The translations under genes were made by a program, and so were the position numbers. Under the pieces are notes generated by a model that was not told the origin of the DNA, searched no databases, and saw only the letters and a program-made list of their open reading frames with translations. Shown here one piece after another: positions 50,601 through 64,000 of a stretch of DNA of 64,000 nt (position 1 is its first letter; the number at the start of each line of letters is the position of its first letter). The stretch comes from Gonapodya sp. JEL0774 (lineage: Eukaryota): positions 62,001 through 126,000 of the forward strand of contig JADIIX010000053.1 in the NCBI GenBank assembly GCA_027604505.1, read 5' to 3'.

Positions 50601-52956
50601 GATTTTGAGGACAAAAGAACTGGGGATAGAGGTGGTTGGAGAGGTGGGTGTTTGTGAGGAATCTAGCTCTTGCAGCGTGGGCTTGGCTTGGCCATCATCT
50701 GAGCTCTGGTGCATGCACTTGAACGATTTATTTCTACAGAATTTCATTGATGAGTGTATTGGCAAGAAGCAATTGTTGGATTGGCGGATCGATGGATGGC
50801 GGATCTGGGGTGGGGACGAAGATTCGGTTAGAAAACGCAAGGAGAGGAAAGAAAAGGAGGTTCGTGATAACTACTGATAATCGCTTTCAGAAGTGACTCA
50901 TGAGTGAATACTTCGCAGGAGTTTCGTCCCAAAAAATTACAAGCGATGACAGTCAAGAACTCGACTGCGGTCGACCCAAAAAGTGCTTATACTGCGACGC
51001 ATCATGTATACCGAGTGAGGAATATCTAGGATGCAATGTCGAGTTCTTGATTGACTCTTTCCACCGTTCAATGTTCGAACATTAGGACAAGCAAAACGTC
51101 CCATGGACTGTACAAATGGTTCGTGTCGACGCCGCTACGGGTCGGAATAGCTACTACGTACTTCAAATTCTCGAGAGTGACGGAGGAGGAAGAGGTTACG
51201 TATTTCTCAAGAGCTGGGGTCGGGTTGGAACAAACATAGGGCAGATCGAAGAGGACACTTGTGACTTGGAGTGGGCAAAGTCAACTTTTGCAGTCAACTT
51301 TGCCGAGAAAAGTGGAAACAAGTGGTTGTTGAAACCTTATGAGGCCATTGCAGTGAGTATTTAATTCAAGGTTTGTGTCCCAGTTCACCTGCGTTGTTAA
51401 TTTTTCACTGCAGAATCGGTACACCGTGGTCGATGTGGACTATGGTGGCGAGAAAGCGGAGACTGTGTCGACGAAGATCACCTCTGATTTGGTGGATTCC
51501 TCGAGTCTCGCGAAGCCTGTTGCAGAGCTCGTTGCCTTGCTTTTCGATATGGAGAGGATGAAACAGACGATGCTCTCATTCGAAATTGACCTTAGCAAGA
51601 TGCCGCTAGGCAAGTTCCGCTGAATACGTGCGGTTGGAGGCCCGACAACCTCGATAACCGTGAATTTCATGATTGCAGGAAAACTGTCCAAAGCAGCCAT
51701 AAGTCGCGCGTATACAATTCTCGCCGAAGCTCAGGAGCTAGTCAACCAACGTACACATAACTCCGAAACCCCGGGACTCAAATCCGGTTTTGCACGTGTT
51801 TCCAACGTTTTCTACTCAACAATCCCACATGATTTCGGAAGGAACTCACCACCACTTCTAGATGACGAGGATCTGATTCAGAGCAAATTGAGCATGCTTG
51901 ACACCCTTCGGGATATAGAAGTTTTCAACTCGATCATTGCTGAAGAAACTGACGAGAAGAAGGCAGAGAACGTTGTTGATCAGCACTACAAGAAACTAAA
52001 GTGTTCAATTGAGGTCGTCGATAACGATTCGGTTTGTTCTTCATGTTTTGAAGAAAGGACGTACTTGCAAAAAATAATCTTCTGGGAACTCCAGGTTGAG
52101 TTTTCGCGAATCAAGAAACAACTTGACAGCACGCACGCTCCGACGCATTCGCAATACTCATTGGAGATCGAGCATGTGTTTAGAGTTTCGAGGGATCAAG
52201 ATGAAGAAAGGTTTTCATCATGGAAGAACAATAAGAACAGGAGTGAGCGTTTGCACAACACCGAGACGCGACATGACGAGTCTAATTGCGCTCCTTAGTG
52301 CTGTTATGGCATGGCTCCAGGCTTTCGAACTGGGTGGGAATCCTCAGCCAAGGTTTACGTATCGCCCCACCGGAAGCTCCTGTTACCGGCTACATGTTCG
52401 GGAAAGCGTTGTATTTTGCGGACATGGTATCTAAGTCTGCGAACGTGAGTTGGACCTGGGTTCTGCCTTTATTTTATTCACTATCGTTACTGCGGTTTCA
52501 TTGGCCCGAAGTACTGCTTTGCAACGCCCACAAATCCTTATGGTTTGCTGACATTGTGTGAAGTGGCGCTGGGTGATATGTAAGTCCGTTTCGTTTCTTA
52601 AAGCAGACGAGTCTCCCACTAATACTTGCATGCGGTGCAGGTACGAGTTGACTGCGGCGCAGATGATTACAAAACTGCCCCCTGGGAAGGAGAGCACAAA
52701 AGGTTGTGGCAAAACCGGTCCGTCTTCTTTCGACTTGGAAGATGGATTGCGCCGCCCTTTAGGCCCTCCCACTGGCCAAAACATACCGGTGAGTAGTGTT
52801 CGACTGAATCCCTGCAGTAAACTGAATTGCTTTTGGTAGGGGACGAAAAGAACGGACTTACTTTACAATGAATATATGGTATATTCTGAAAGCCAACAAC
52901 GTATGCGGTACCTCGTCAAAGTCAAGTTTCATTTCGGTCGTTCGGGACGGTTTTAG
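47686..52956 (+). CDS. PARP1: Poly(ADP-ribose) polymerase 1 (Zn1-Zn2-PADR1/Zn3-BRCT-WGR-regulatory-catalytic)
   Basis: [97 protein letters not shown] and YNEYMVY. Confidence 0.93.
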
Positions 52957-53113
52957 CATATCTGCATCGGCTGATTTGAAGAAATGTACCGTTTTTGCAT
53001 AAACTGGCACTTGTCCGTTTACACCGTCAGAAGGAGAAGGTTGAAATAAGTCAGGAATTGATTGTACTGTAATAGTGCCTCTATATACAATAATAGCAAT
53101 GGGTAATCGGAAT

Positions 53114-56100
53114 CTAGACGGTGTTGTTTCCTGATAGATTCGCACTTGATTTACTTCCTTCAATAAGTTCGCGAGCTTCTTTCGTAGTAGCATTTGCTTC
53201 GGGGGTAGCCCACTTTGATCGGTCCACCTCTATGAACAGCAGCCAGCAAATCAAATATTTGCAAAATGCGAGGACGCACTGTGAAACTCACCATCACCGT
53301 AGTCTACGAACAATTCCTCGCCCTTCAATATGTCTCGACAAGTCCTGACAATAATCTGATTCACTTTCGCTCCCATGATATACTCAACGTTGATTCGGGT
53401 CTTGTCCTCGTTAATAAAATGCAGACAACAGTAGCCCGGCAGCGATGGCTTAGTGAACGGCATACCGTCGGGGTCAGTTGCGTCAAGTACAATGTGACCA
53501 TATCGAATCTGAAGATGAGGACAAGCGAAGAGCATTAAGGGCAGAGGACAGCATGACTGCGTTTCAGAAGAAGGACGTACCGTGTACATATTAGACAAAA
53601 GCATGTGTTCTTTTCGAGCATCGTACTCATCCTCCAACATTGGTACCCCAAAGTAGAACCCTAAGTAAGTGTATTTGGGTATCGATCGGCGCGCATAGAC
53701 TCCGTTTCCTGAGTTTAAGATCTTAGAGAGTATGTGTGGAGAAACGAAGTTTTGGTGCACATTTGTAAGACACGGTCCAACGAACAACTCACCGAAGAAG
53801 GTCTGACATCCAACAGCTCCTCCAGAGATCCCGGCAATGGTTCCTTTTCCTTCAATGTATGTCGTAGCACGGGAACATCCACTTCCATCGCTTCAATCAT
53901 GCCCGGTGCCAACTCAGCAGGCAAGCTCACAGCACTTTCCGGGAAAGCCGTATTTGCCAAAGACTCCATAACCAGCTCGTGACTCATATTAAGATGGCTC
54001 GGTGCACCCGCCTCGTATTCTGAACTAGTCTTGGAACGCTTCGTCAGTAAGCTGGGTGCTGCTGGAAAGCTCTCTACTTCGTCGCCATCCTCCGACCAGC
54101 GCTCCACCTCAAATTCCGTAGGCATCTTCCGCTTCTCCCCGCGGCTTCCACAGGAGCCTTGAGACGGTCTGCCGTCGGCCCTCATTTCATCGTCGGAATC
54201 GGCTGCACTGCGATAGGCGGAATCGATGTCCGTTAAAGGGGGGGTCAGCGCACCAACTGCAAATGTGGTTTCAGATTCCACTAAAGATCCCGTTCGGCGA
54301 CGACGGACTTGAGTTTTCAACAGATAGGGTTTGCTCGTGGAGGTTCCTTTGGCCGTAAATGTCCTGTTCCCTCTGGATCCCATGCTGCCTGCTCTCGAAC
54401 CTCTTCTCGTTCCTTTCTTCACTGGTTTGTTTTCAACAGCGACTTTGATGACTGGGACAGCTTTCTTTATGGAGCTTTTGTTGGCCTCCACCGCATGTCC
54501 CCCTTCTTCGTCCACTCCATCCATCATCCTGATCACTTGGTCTTCCTCATCCTCATCGAGTCCAGGCTCCGCCACCTCCCAAGTATTGAAGACATCATCA
54601 TCACTGTCGCTGGGTTCGTCGTCGAAATCTGATATGGACGCCCGAGATCCTTTGACTGGAGCGACGTGACGACTGAGTCCTGGCGGACCGTGCTTTCCCG
54701 ATCCTCGTGTCCGGAAAGACGTTCTGGTGGAAGAAGAGCTCATAGTCTTGCTCTGCTCGGTACTGAAATCACCATCTGGTGCCATCAGAGTTCCAGACAC
54801 ACAACCCTCTGCACGGAAGTTTTGATATCCATCTACTACCGACGTTGGGTAGCCCAGGATATTGTTCATGGTTGGTTGCGTTCTTGAAAAAGGAATCGAA
54901 AATCCACGATTTCGGCGCACTTTCAGAGGCTTGGAGAGAAAAGCTGAGATGCGCTGCTTCGCCGCTACTTGCTCTGCTGTGGTCTCCTCCACCTTCTTCT
55001 TTTGGATGGGCATTTTGCTTTTTTCCGTCTCCTCGTTGTACCAAAGGTTTTCTGTGTTAAACATGATGGGCCAATCCTTTTCGACCAAGTCACGAGTCCA
55101 GTCAAGGTATGCCGACCACGCAATCTCAAAAGATGATGACTCAAAAGAGGGGTAAAACCACGTCGTGTTGGAGTTCAGTGGCCGAAAAATGTGCCAAAAA
55201 CTGTCCCGGTTGTCAGCGAGCACAGCGGCTGCAATGGTGGAAGGTTTCTAAATTGTGCCGTGGCGGATAGGGAACTTTCTGGCATATGAATCGCGGGCTT
55301 ATTGCATCCAAAAGAAACTCACCTTCCCCACAAAACACCGCACCAAGCCTCTTTCCAAGCTGATCTTCTTGTCGAGGGCAAGTCCTCTAACCACGAGCTC
55401 ACCCTTGCTTAACGGCCTGCCAGCTTGACGGAGTGCCATAAACATAACGTAAGAGCCTGTGTACCATCGTGGCCTCGCTGGTGCGGGTCCGTCCGTAGTA
55501 GGGGCGCTAATCTTCGGTTTGCGTGTAGGAATCTTGCGCTTGCTCTTTGAGGGCAGTCCGGCAAGGTCGTGAACAGTCGTTCCGAGGAAGTTGTAGCGAG
55601 GTTGAGATACTTCTTTACCCTGAAGGATTGCTTTTTGTCGACGAGTCGCTCGAGGTTCATCGGGGTCCACCTGCACCTCAAACACGTTGACTGAGGCTGC
55701 CGAAGAAGAAGTATCTGAAGCCGCATCGTCATCGGGTGGAGTCAGTGGGCGATATTTGTCCCGATTCGCCGTCTCTTGCTTCGAATCCGCAGGCACAACA
55801 GACAGAATGCGAAGGGCAGGAGGCCCGTCGGGATCAGATATCAACTGTGGTGAATGTGACATCACGTCCTCTGTATCGGGCGAATAGTCCGAAGCAACTG
55901 TCACAGTATCTGCAGATCGCCATGAACATTCAGAACATCCAGAGCAGGTAGAGGCCCCATCATCATCGATATCCTCTACCACTGCAATATGGGTCGCAGC
56001 AACCCTGGCAGCAGAGGACACCTGCCCGCGAGTGCGGGCACGAGGACGGGTGACTTCAAAGGGCAGTGTCGGTGAAGAGGATGGGGGCAAAGCAGCACCT

Positions 56101-57674
56101 GAACCAGGCTGCAAGGTAGGTCGGAACATGCCGTCACCCTCCGCAATGTCATTGCGCGGATGATTCGGATCCCACCCTTCTTCCAGCATTCTTCGCTTGA
56201 GTTCTTCCATTCGCTGCGATTCTGCTTTCCTTCTCCGCTGATTTGCTTCCCATCTTGGCTTATTCCTCTCTTTCAAATCTCTCAACTGCTCCACAACGAC
56301 AGCGTCTGAAAGTCGTAGGGAGTACAACTCCTCCAGCTTTGTGGGCCAAACGTCATCATCTGCTTTGCCCCACCACTGGCTTATGGGATTCGATCCCACC
56401 AAAACTGAGATGGAAAACTTCTGTGTTCGAAGCTTCATGTCTTTGGTAGGAAGCACGATGAATGCACCACGTCGTTCAATCCCAGGGAGATAGCGCTTTG
56501 GTTTGGGTATTGGATTGAGTGGTGCGGGACGCCCCCTGGCCGCCTTGGGGTGCGACCTTTTGTGCGGCACGACATCGAACGGATATTGTACATGAATCGA
56601 GTCGTACGCCATCCGAGAAAGAAATCTTGGGCGATGAAGTAGTGGAGCGGGGGGAGGCCGGAGACGCGCGTTGGTGGGGTCCGGTACGCGGTTCGGGAGA
56701 GGTTGTTTATGATCAGAATGCTGGTGCATATCAGGATGCACAACACTTTGATGATGGTAGCGGAAGACGTTAGCACTGTTCTGGAGCTGTGCTCGTGCTT
56801 CAGAGGAGAGTTCTGGTCCCCGAGAGCGGATTTGGGAAGGAAATCTCCATTCTTCTCGATTGGATGATGACTGAACCTGTCCTGAAAATTGTGGTTTGTG
56901 ATCAGGTGTCTGCGGTGAGCTTCCTTGCTGGGCCCGTAGTTGCTGGTTGAAGTTTTGTAGGTTGGCCATTCGAGCAACTGAGTGAAGTGGAGGCAAACTA
57001 AATGGTTGACTGTGCTGCTCAATCTTTGACGTGACGGAGAGTATCGGGGGAAGAGTGAAGGTATTGAGTGAATTCTGAGGCGCGATAGGCAAGTATGTGT
57101 GCCAATACGTTGTATGTGCAGATCGAGAAGGTGTGGGAGGGGGCAAGAGGAAAGATTTGGGAGCAATAATACGACCTTCTGGCGACTTGAGGTACGAGAT
57201 AGGTGCGTCGCAGGCAGTTTGAGCGATACGCCGGGTACCGTGCTGCCCGCTATTCTGAGTTGTGTGTGCATGGGGTGCCCCAGTTGTGACTTGGAGATTG
57301 GATGCATTCTGGACAAGCTCATCATTGATGGTTGACTGTCGGTCAGATCCGACAGCAAGGTAAAAAGCAGTCTCTTGCTTCGATGGGGAGTAGTGGATGT
57401 GGGTTGGGGAGGTGATGACCCTGGGTTCCTGAGGGGTCGGCGCCGGTAGCGCCAGTTTCAAATGAAGGCCCCCTGACATAGCGGAGCTTTGCCCGGTAGC
57501 AATGTTGGAAGCATTGGGACCACGGCCGAGTGGTTTCTTTGGATTCGCTGCGGCTGACTTCGGTCTCGGCGGTCTCGCAGGAATCTCCACCAGAAAGGAG
57601 GAGCCATCTCCAGGCGGCATCGGAGCTACAATTGGTAATTCCGGAAAGCAGCGAGGAGCGGACGATGGGAACAT
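53114..57674 (-). CDS. SET-domain protein with internal winged-helix (HARE-HTH-like) domain
   Basis: C-terminal SET: SGNGVYARRSIPKYTYLGFYFG..LDA..HFINED..NV..RDILKGEELFVDYG. The internal YVMFMALRQAGRPLSKGELV..FVGK|KPSTIAAAVLADNRD resembles an ASXL/HB1-type HTH. The start codon is uncertain (57674 or 57620). Confidence 0.78.
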
Positions 57675-58701
57675 GAGGCGGACAGTTGTTACACTCACGA
57701 CCCGACTGAAACTCACCAGAAAGGAGGTCAAATCACTCACAGACACGGTCGATCTCTTTATCTAGCTATCGATCGTCGTCTCGAATTTGTGATCCGCTGG
57801 TAAACCCAGAAATCTGTCGAAGATTTGGGGTGTGGGGAACTCTGTATGACCAGTCCTACCACGACCAGCAACACCAATATTCGACACACCACACGCTGAC
57901 TCGGTTACCATTTTGAATGCTAGTTCTCAGCATTCAGTGCATTAGCAGTGTCTTCTGGTCGCGCCGACACCCTGAACAACTACGAAGTTCTCAAACAAAT
58001 GTTGAGCTGGATACAAATATTCATATCATGTCGCAATTCATGGGTTTGAATTCTGTTCTGTTCTGTTGGATGCGACTCTGGGCATCAAATTATTAGCGCA
58101 AGGGCAGGTCTTCGCCTGGGAGCAAAATTACATCCGATTGTCCAACTCCTCAAACCGTGACGATGGCACGTCTAAGAAAGACAAGAGTTATGCTTTTGAG
58201 CTAGGACGTGTTTTCTCGTGTGTAGCTCCTCGTATGGCGGAGAAATTAACATAAATGTGAACTCGAAACTGCCTTCAGTTCGGGGACGTCCACCCAAGGA
58301 TGAAGTGAGAAGTGAGGCCGATTTGGATTCGAGATCGGGAGGCTTGCCTGGAGACTTGAATCGCATGCGTGCAACAGGAGCAGCCGCCGACATCGGCGGC
58401 GGCGACGGATCTCGGTTCACTCGAGGTCCACCGTCGAGAACGCTTTGGCGCGGCGACGTCAATCATTTTGCATCCGATACGAGTACCAGAACAAAGCACC
58501 TAGAAGGACAACGAGGACGCCTAGGTAAATGAAAAGGAGGATCCACAGTAGCCACCCAGGGCCTTGGACGGCGATGGATTTTGGAGCCTCGGAGAAAAAG
58601 TCCCGCACGGATCCTGTTGCCCAGCGCCTGCTTCCAGTCAGACACGATCGCCGATCAACCAATCCGCCGAGGATTGTACCTGGACGTACAACTGGAACAG
58701 G

Positions 58702-58766
58702 AGCATTAATAAATTACATTTACATGCGAAACCTCTGTAAGAATTCAGGGAGAGACCGATAAACAG
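58702..58766 (+). repeat. 65 bp dispersed repeat, copy 2
   Basis: 60/65 identical to 32498-32562. Confidence 0.9.
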
Positions 58767-59477
58767 AAGGCTAAAAGAGTTTGCCTGGTGTAAGCAAAAT
58801 TCCACGGAGTGAGTCATGCTGGTTGGGCAGCAACATCCCACCTCACGCAGAAAGGCTTGTGACTTTCACACCTGAATGGGGAGTTCACCGGGCACCCGGC
58901 CACTACCCTCCACGCACGAATTAAATTAATTAATTGTTAGTGCGTCCATATATGCATTCTGATAAGCCACTCCACACACACCTACCTGCTGTGACTTTCG
59001 TGGGCCGTGGTTGTGAAGAAAAAGACTCCAAATGTGTCCCCAGAGCATCATCTGGTTGAAAACTTTTGGTCGGTCTCACTCCCCAGTTTGCGTGGCATCA
59101 GGTGAACCAGGATATTGTTTGCAACAATTGTTAGTGCTTACAGTTTATTTAACCACTTTAGTAAAGACAGATATACTAGGAGAAGAAAAACGTTATCGCT
59201 AGCAACCTACGAGCATCTTTGCGACGGGTATGCCGTCCCGTTAACTGAACAACAGCAGGTCCCGGTCCTCTGTTGTGCAGCGAGGGGTTCGAAAAATAGA
59301 GAGTCAATGATAATGTGTCCATAAATGGGAAAACAGAGAAAGATGGGGAACCTCTCTCGGCGCGTCGCATCATGACGACTGTAACTTTATACCTGTCGAG
59401 TGTCCCTGCTAAGGGCTGTGCCTCAGAACAATGAAATCGCGACCTGAACTGAATCCCACAAACCATCAGTTTATTCA

Positions 59478-60573
59478 ATGAGAAGTCCCTACGCACCGCT
59501 CATTGCTGCCATCTTCTTTTCTCAAGCCCTCGCACTTTCTTCGATTCAGCGTGCCGAGGTTCTCAACACGCACAATGCTGTGAGTCCTGGCACGACGCAA
59601 ACACTCTCACTCTCACATCCTACGAACTGGGCGTATTGCAGGTCCGTGTCGAAGCGAACGATCTTGTGCCAGCACCTATATCCTCACTCAATATCATGAT
59701 CTGTGAGTTTGAGTGTTGAAATGGGACGGTGTGGGACTCACCTCATTTCTGGGCGGTATGGAACTTGACACCAACCATAGACGATACTACTCTCGAATCA
59801 TCTGCACAAGCATATTCTGACAAGTGCAACTTGTGAGTGTCAAGTCATCTTTCGGGACAATTGCGTTGTTAATCATTTTCAAACAAGCCAACATTCAGGG
59901 GCACCCGGTGTCGGGGAGAATCTTTACGCTTCTTCAAAGGGCAATGAATCTTCGGCAGTCTCTGCTGTCAGGGCGTGGGCTGGGGAGAGGTCTCTTTTTG
60001 ATTACAAAGCGGACAACCTTGTAATTTCCGGGCGCCAATGGCAGGAAGTGGGTCACTACACTCAGGTTTGTTTGTTTGTTTTCCTTCCTTACTGTATGCG
60101 CGTTGTTATCAATTCTGTGTTGTTTCGGCACCGCTCACACTTGAAGATGATATGGAACTCAACAACGCGAGTCGGATGCGGATACACCAGCTGCGCTGTA
60201 GTGGCAAATGCTGGATCGAGTCTAATAACTGAATACTGGGTGTAAGAGCGATACTGATGTTCTGTGCTTCAGGCGTCTGTGGTGTCAAGTTTCTGCCTAC
60301 TTCTTTCGTCCAAAACGCAGGTGTCAATACGCTCCGCAAGGGAACATACTCGTTTCTAGCTCGCCTTTTGTGTTCCAAAAACCTTACGCATCGACATCCT
60401 CCCCGGCCTCTCCCGGGCCCTCCCCTTCCAGTAAGGCGACGACAACGGCAACCACGAAGACTAATGGAGCAACAAAGAGGATGAGGAACTTCATTCACTA
60501 CGCTGCAGAATCAACGATAGTTTTCGTTGGAGTTTTTAAACGGATTTACCTAGTACGATATTTTTTTATATAA
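59478..60573 (+). CDS. Secreted CAP/SCP/PR-1 (PRY-like) protein
   Basis: Signal peptide, then VLNTHNA|VR, HSG..GENL, GHYTQ|MIWNSTTRVGCG and V|CQYAPQGNI, ending in an S/T-rich tail with a hydrophobic end. Confidence 0.9.
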
Positions 60574-60649
60574 ATGTACTGTATATGTGTTTGCTGTACA
60601 GTTTAGCTGTGGCACTGATTAGTATTTACAATATCCGAGATTCGTCACC

Positions 60650-63600
60650 TCAATTTATTGATCTGAAATCCATCGCTTCCAACTTTAGGTCGAATTTGAT
60701 ATCGGGAAGCAAGATGGGTTTAGGCTTGTTCCAATCCTTCTCATAGGATCCAGATATCTTCCAAAATCCCAAACGCCTCCCTGATCCATCCAAGTGCCCC
60801 GGTATGATGGACTGCTCGATCGTAACTGGCAACGAACTTGAGTCAATGCTCAACGAACGAAACACAGCCAGATCTGATTCTGCGACGTCGTCTCGCAAAC
60901 CTGTTGGTCGCAGCGGTGGGTATATTGGTCGCATGAGTTTCGAGATGGCAGACTTTTGATGCTTGAAGTAGTACTTCTGTCCCGGGTGACGAGGGCGGCT
61001 ATCTGAAATTGGCCGGCGCGGTGCGAGCTTTGCATGAAGCATTTTCTCTCTGGCTCCTGTTGACGGATGTTGCGAAACGTAATCCTCCAAGTCTTCTTCA
61101 TCACTGTCGAAGTCCTGATCCTCCGACTTGTCAAGCACCATCACTGGGTCCCCAGTGGCGATGAATGTAGAGTCCACATCCATCGGCGATTGAGGGACTG
61201 ACGCAAGGTCAATCGCCTTCGTTGTTTCGTGATGTCTGCTGGCTTTTGAATGTGACCTCCTGGAGAATCCCCAGGGTTCATCCTCACCGTCACTCCAACC
61301 GAGCCCCGGCATTATTCGCCTTCGTTTCCTTGACCTTCTAAAATCTGCACCTGGTGCCATGGGATCGTCCAGGAGGGCGTCGTAGTCGTGCAAGCGAGCC
61401 GTCCACCAAAACCGCTGCTGTTCCCTCGATCGGACAAATGACGTATCGCGCGGGCGATGGGACCGACGTCTCGGAGCAGTAACAAGACCTGTTTCGGGTT
61501 TCAGTTACATGTATAAGTTGGAGCATGCATAGGTTTGCTCCTCGAAGCTTAGTCCCGAACTCACGTGTGTTCTCAGCCTCAACCCTCCAAAGATCTTCCA
61601 CCACCTTCTCAATCATGGACTTTTGAATCTGTGACTTCGCCTTTTTGTAGCGACGATGAGCTGCTTTCACGTTGGCCTCGTATTCTCGCTCAATCAGAGC
61701 TATGTCCTCCTTTAAACGGGCTCCAAGAGACGAGAAGCGGTGTTCATAAGATCTTTCGTACGCAAGACGATGGTCTTCGAAGGAAGGGCCAGAATCTAAC
61801 GATATTCAAATGCAGATTTGAAACATGGAAGTGCGTTTGCGTTATCGCGATTGACTGACCCTTCCTAATCATCTCAATCTCCATGTCTAGGCCCCTTATC
61901 TGCAATTCCTTCAGACGTTTCCCCAGTGCCTTTGCATCTTTGAGCAGTGACAATGACTCGCCCTTGGAAGATTCCATGATCTTCGTGAGGGAGAGCGGAA
62001 AGCCACCTATGTATTCGTCAACAATGTCCTGTGGACCTGGTCGAGGCTGCACGCGCTTTCCACCACGCCTTCCGATATCAGGAAGATCCGGTGGGAGGAT
62101 TCGAATAGTCTCGCGAATGGGCTCGGTCACGGAGGCAGTCGAGGAGACTTCTGTTCGAGATTTGCCGCCACGGCCATAGCCACGCGTATTATGGACGGGA
62201 GGTCCTTCTGGCTCCTTATTGCCCTTTGTAATCGTAGAATCGTTATTCTCCGCCGGTGAAACTTCTGGATCACCGTAAAATTTGGTTGGTGGCTCTTCTG
62301 ACTGCCCAACAACTGTCCTGCGGATGACTACCTCAGACTCCTCAACATTTCTCCCTTGGACTCTCGTTAGTGAAGAGTCCTGTGGCTCTTCATCCTTGCT
62401 TGCATCAGTTTTGGACGTCTTTCTCCCTTTAAATATGCCCTCAACAGCAACGTTCTCCTCCCCATCAGTCCTCGCAGCATTTCTCCTTCTAGACTTTCGA
62501 AGGGGCTTCGCAGATAATGGATATCCTTCGTCAATGACTGTTTGCGCGTATCCATTTGGTCCGACTGAATCATCTGAGTCCGAATTGTGCTTGTCCACCA
62601 CAACATGACGAAATCGGTTACGAGATCCAATTGATTCGACCGGAGCATTGTTTAAATCGGTGTTAGCTGACACTTTGTGTGAGAACCCATATCCTGGTCC
62701 CGATTCCGGTGACACTTCATTCGGAGCCCCGCGTCTGGCTGCTGGGAGCGAAGAACTGGAGTCTTCTATAGCCTCAGACTCCTCCTCATCCTCCTCCAAA
62801 GAGCTATCTTCATCGCTATTGCTAGAAATTGTACTGGAATCTTCCAGTCCTTTTCTCTGGGATCGGTTTCGAGCTCTGGCAGGCTGTCGCAGTCTCATCG
62901 AACGAGGTCCCACCACTCTACCACGACGGGCCATAGGTCTCGCCGCTCTACCATGACGGGTCGAAGGAACTCGCGGCGGAGTAATAATCAACTCGAACCC
63001 TGGGCTGGACGGTTCAAGCACTGACTGCTGTCCGGGTGAGGGCGTTCGGCGGTCATGATCAGAAATGTTGCTGTGGTTCGCATCCCTGCTGCGCGCCGCT
63101 CCTCTTCGTGAGTTCCGTCTTGAGCCAAAATCAGATGTTGCTTCAGACTGCCCGACATGGCCTGACAAGGAAGGGAAGGATCTTGCGTCCGGTACCGTCT
63201 CTTCTGCGAACGTTGCAGCTCCACCGAAACTGAGTGCGGTTTTCGCTGCACGAGCAGACCGGCGAATATTCGGTACATCGTCTACTCTCTCAGGGGAATG
63301 AGGTGTCGAGAGTGCGGAGTTGGAGCGCTTTGGGGCCCGACCTCGACGCCCTTGTGCTGGAACAGCCGCAGCCGGTTCTTCGTCACTAAGGGATGATATA
63401 GAACTAAGAGGCCCTGAAGACAACGGTGACAAATTGTCGTGATCTATTGGGTCAAGAAGCGCTGTAGATATGGGAGGTGGCTTGTGGAGAAGTCGAGCAA
63501 GGGAGGAAGCCGAGGCAGACTCTCCGACCATTGAGTTCGCTGCAAGGGGTGGCCTTTGAAGTGTTTCCGGAAGGCCAACAGTGACCGCATAATCTGCTTT

Positions 63601-63987
63601 TGCATCATGTTTCATATCCGCATCCACTGGTTGCCCGTTTGTATGTGCATCGGCTGGATCGACTTCTGGCATAGAAATAGGAGCGAGTTCTGCGGATTCA
63701 GAATCCCCATCAGTTTCGTCATGGTCTATGTTCCGGGAGGCTCTGCTGGGAGAATCCCCGGTGGATATTTTGAGTCCGGTTTCGGATTCCGACTGGTCTC
63801 CGTTGGACCTACGGGTCCTCCCGACAATAGCAGACGGAGACGCCCCCGGAACAGGGGAAGTTCTCGAGATTCGTCGGTCAGTTGAATTTCCTTCCTGGAA
63901 TTCGGAGGCTCTGCGTGGACTGTCCTGGGGAACATTAGGCGAGATTGAGTTGCGTAGATTTTGGGCGGTGACTGCACGTGGTGGCAT
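60650..63987 (-). CDS. Sds3/BRMS1-like Sin3-HDAC complex subunit with long disordered N-terminus
   Basis: LKELQIRGLDMEIEMIRKG|, RKAAHRRYKKAKSQIQKSMIEKVVEDLWRVEAE and PTGLRDDVAESDLAVF are helical segments typical of Sds3-like proteins. Confidence 0.6.
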
Positions 63988-64000
63988 CCCTCGTAGGACT

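Noticed and set aside
58066..58841. Short ORFs between the SET and CAP genes
   Set aside because: They overlap on both strands, mostly lack an ATG and contain no domain motif.

Overview
Eukaryotic, intron-rich (mostly ~50-130 nt GT-AG introns) fungal-type genomic DNA. Gene content such as a Zn2Cys6 TF, an OPT transporter and a two-finger PARP1 suggests an early-diverging, chytrid-like fungus (inference). About 20 host genes can be reconstructed by hand: OAC1-like carrier, two related ankyrin-like proteins, GDSAG hydrolase, TRAX, F-box, Spp1/CFP1, SAM-domain protein, DUF427, uS14m, FAX/metaxin GST-like, NSA1, ssSPT, OPT, Zn2Cys6 TF, PARP1, HARE-HTH+SET, CAP/PR-1 and Sds3-like. The standout is a ~1.17 kb minus-strand element at ~18227-19395 that the ORF track shows only as fragments. 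It carries an intron-split Fanzor/TnpB C-terminus (RuvC-II IDE, zinc finger, RuvC-III NRD) and a G-U-rich nested hairpin plus a GNRA hairpin at its 3' end (omegaRNA-like scaffold). It also has asymmetric inverted repeats and a TTGAG pentamer at both ends. It looks internally deleted and CpG-eroded, so it is probably a non-autonomous relic of an RNA-guided transposon family. All gene models and domain calls come from manual reading and motif recognition, not database searches, so exon boundaries are approximate.
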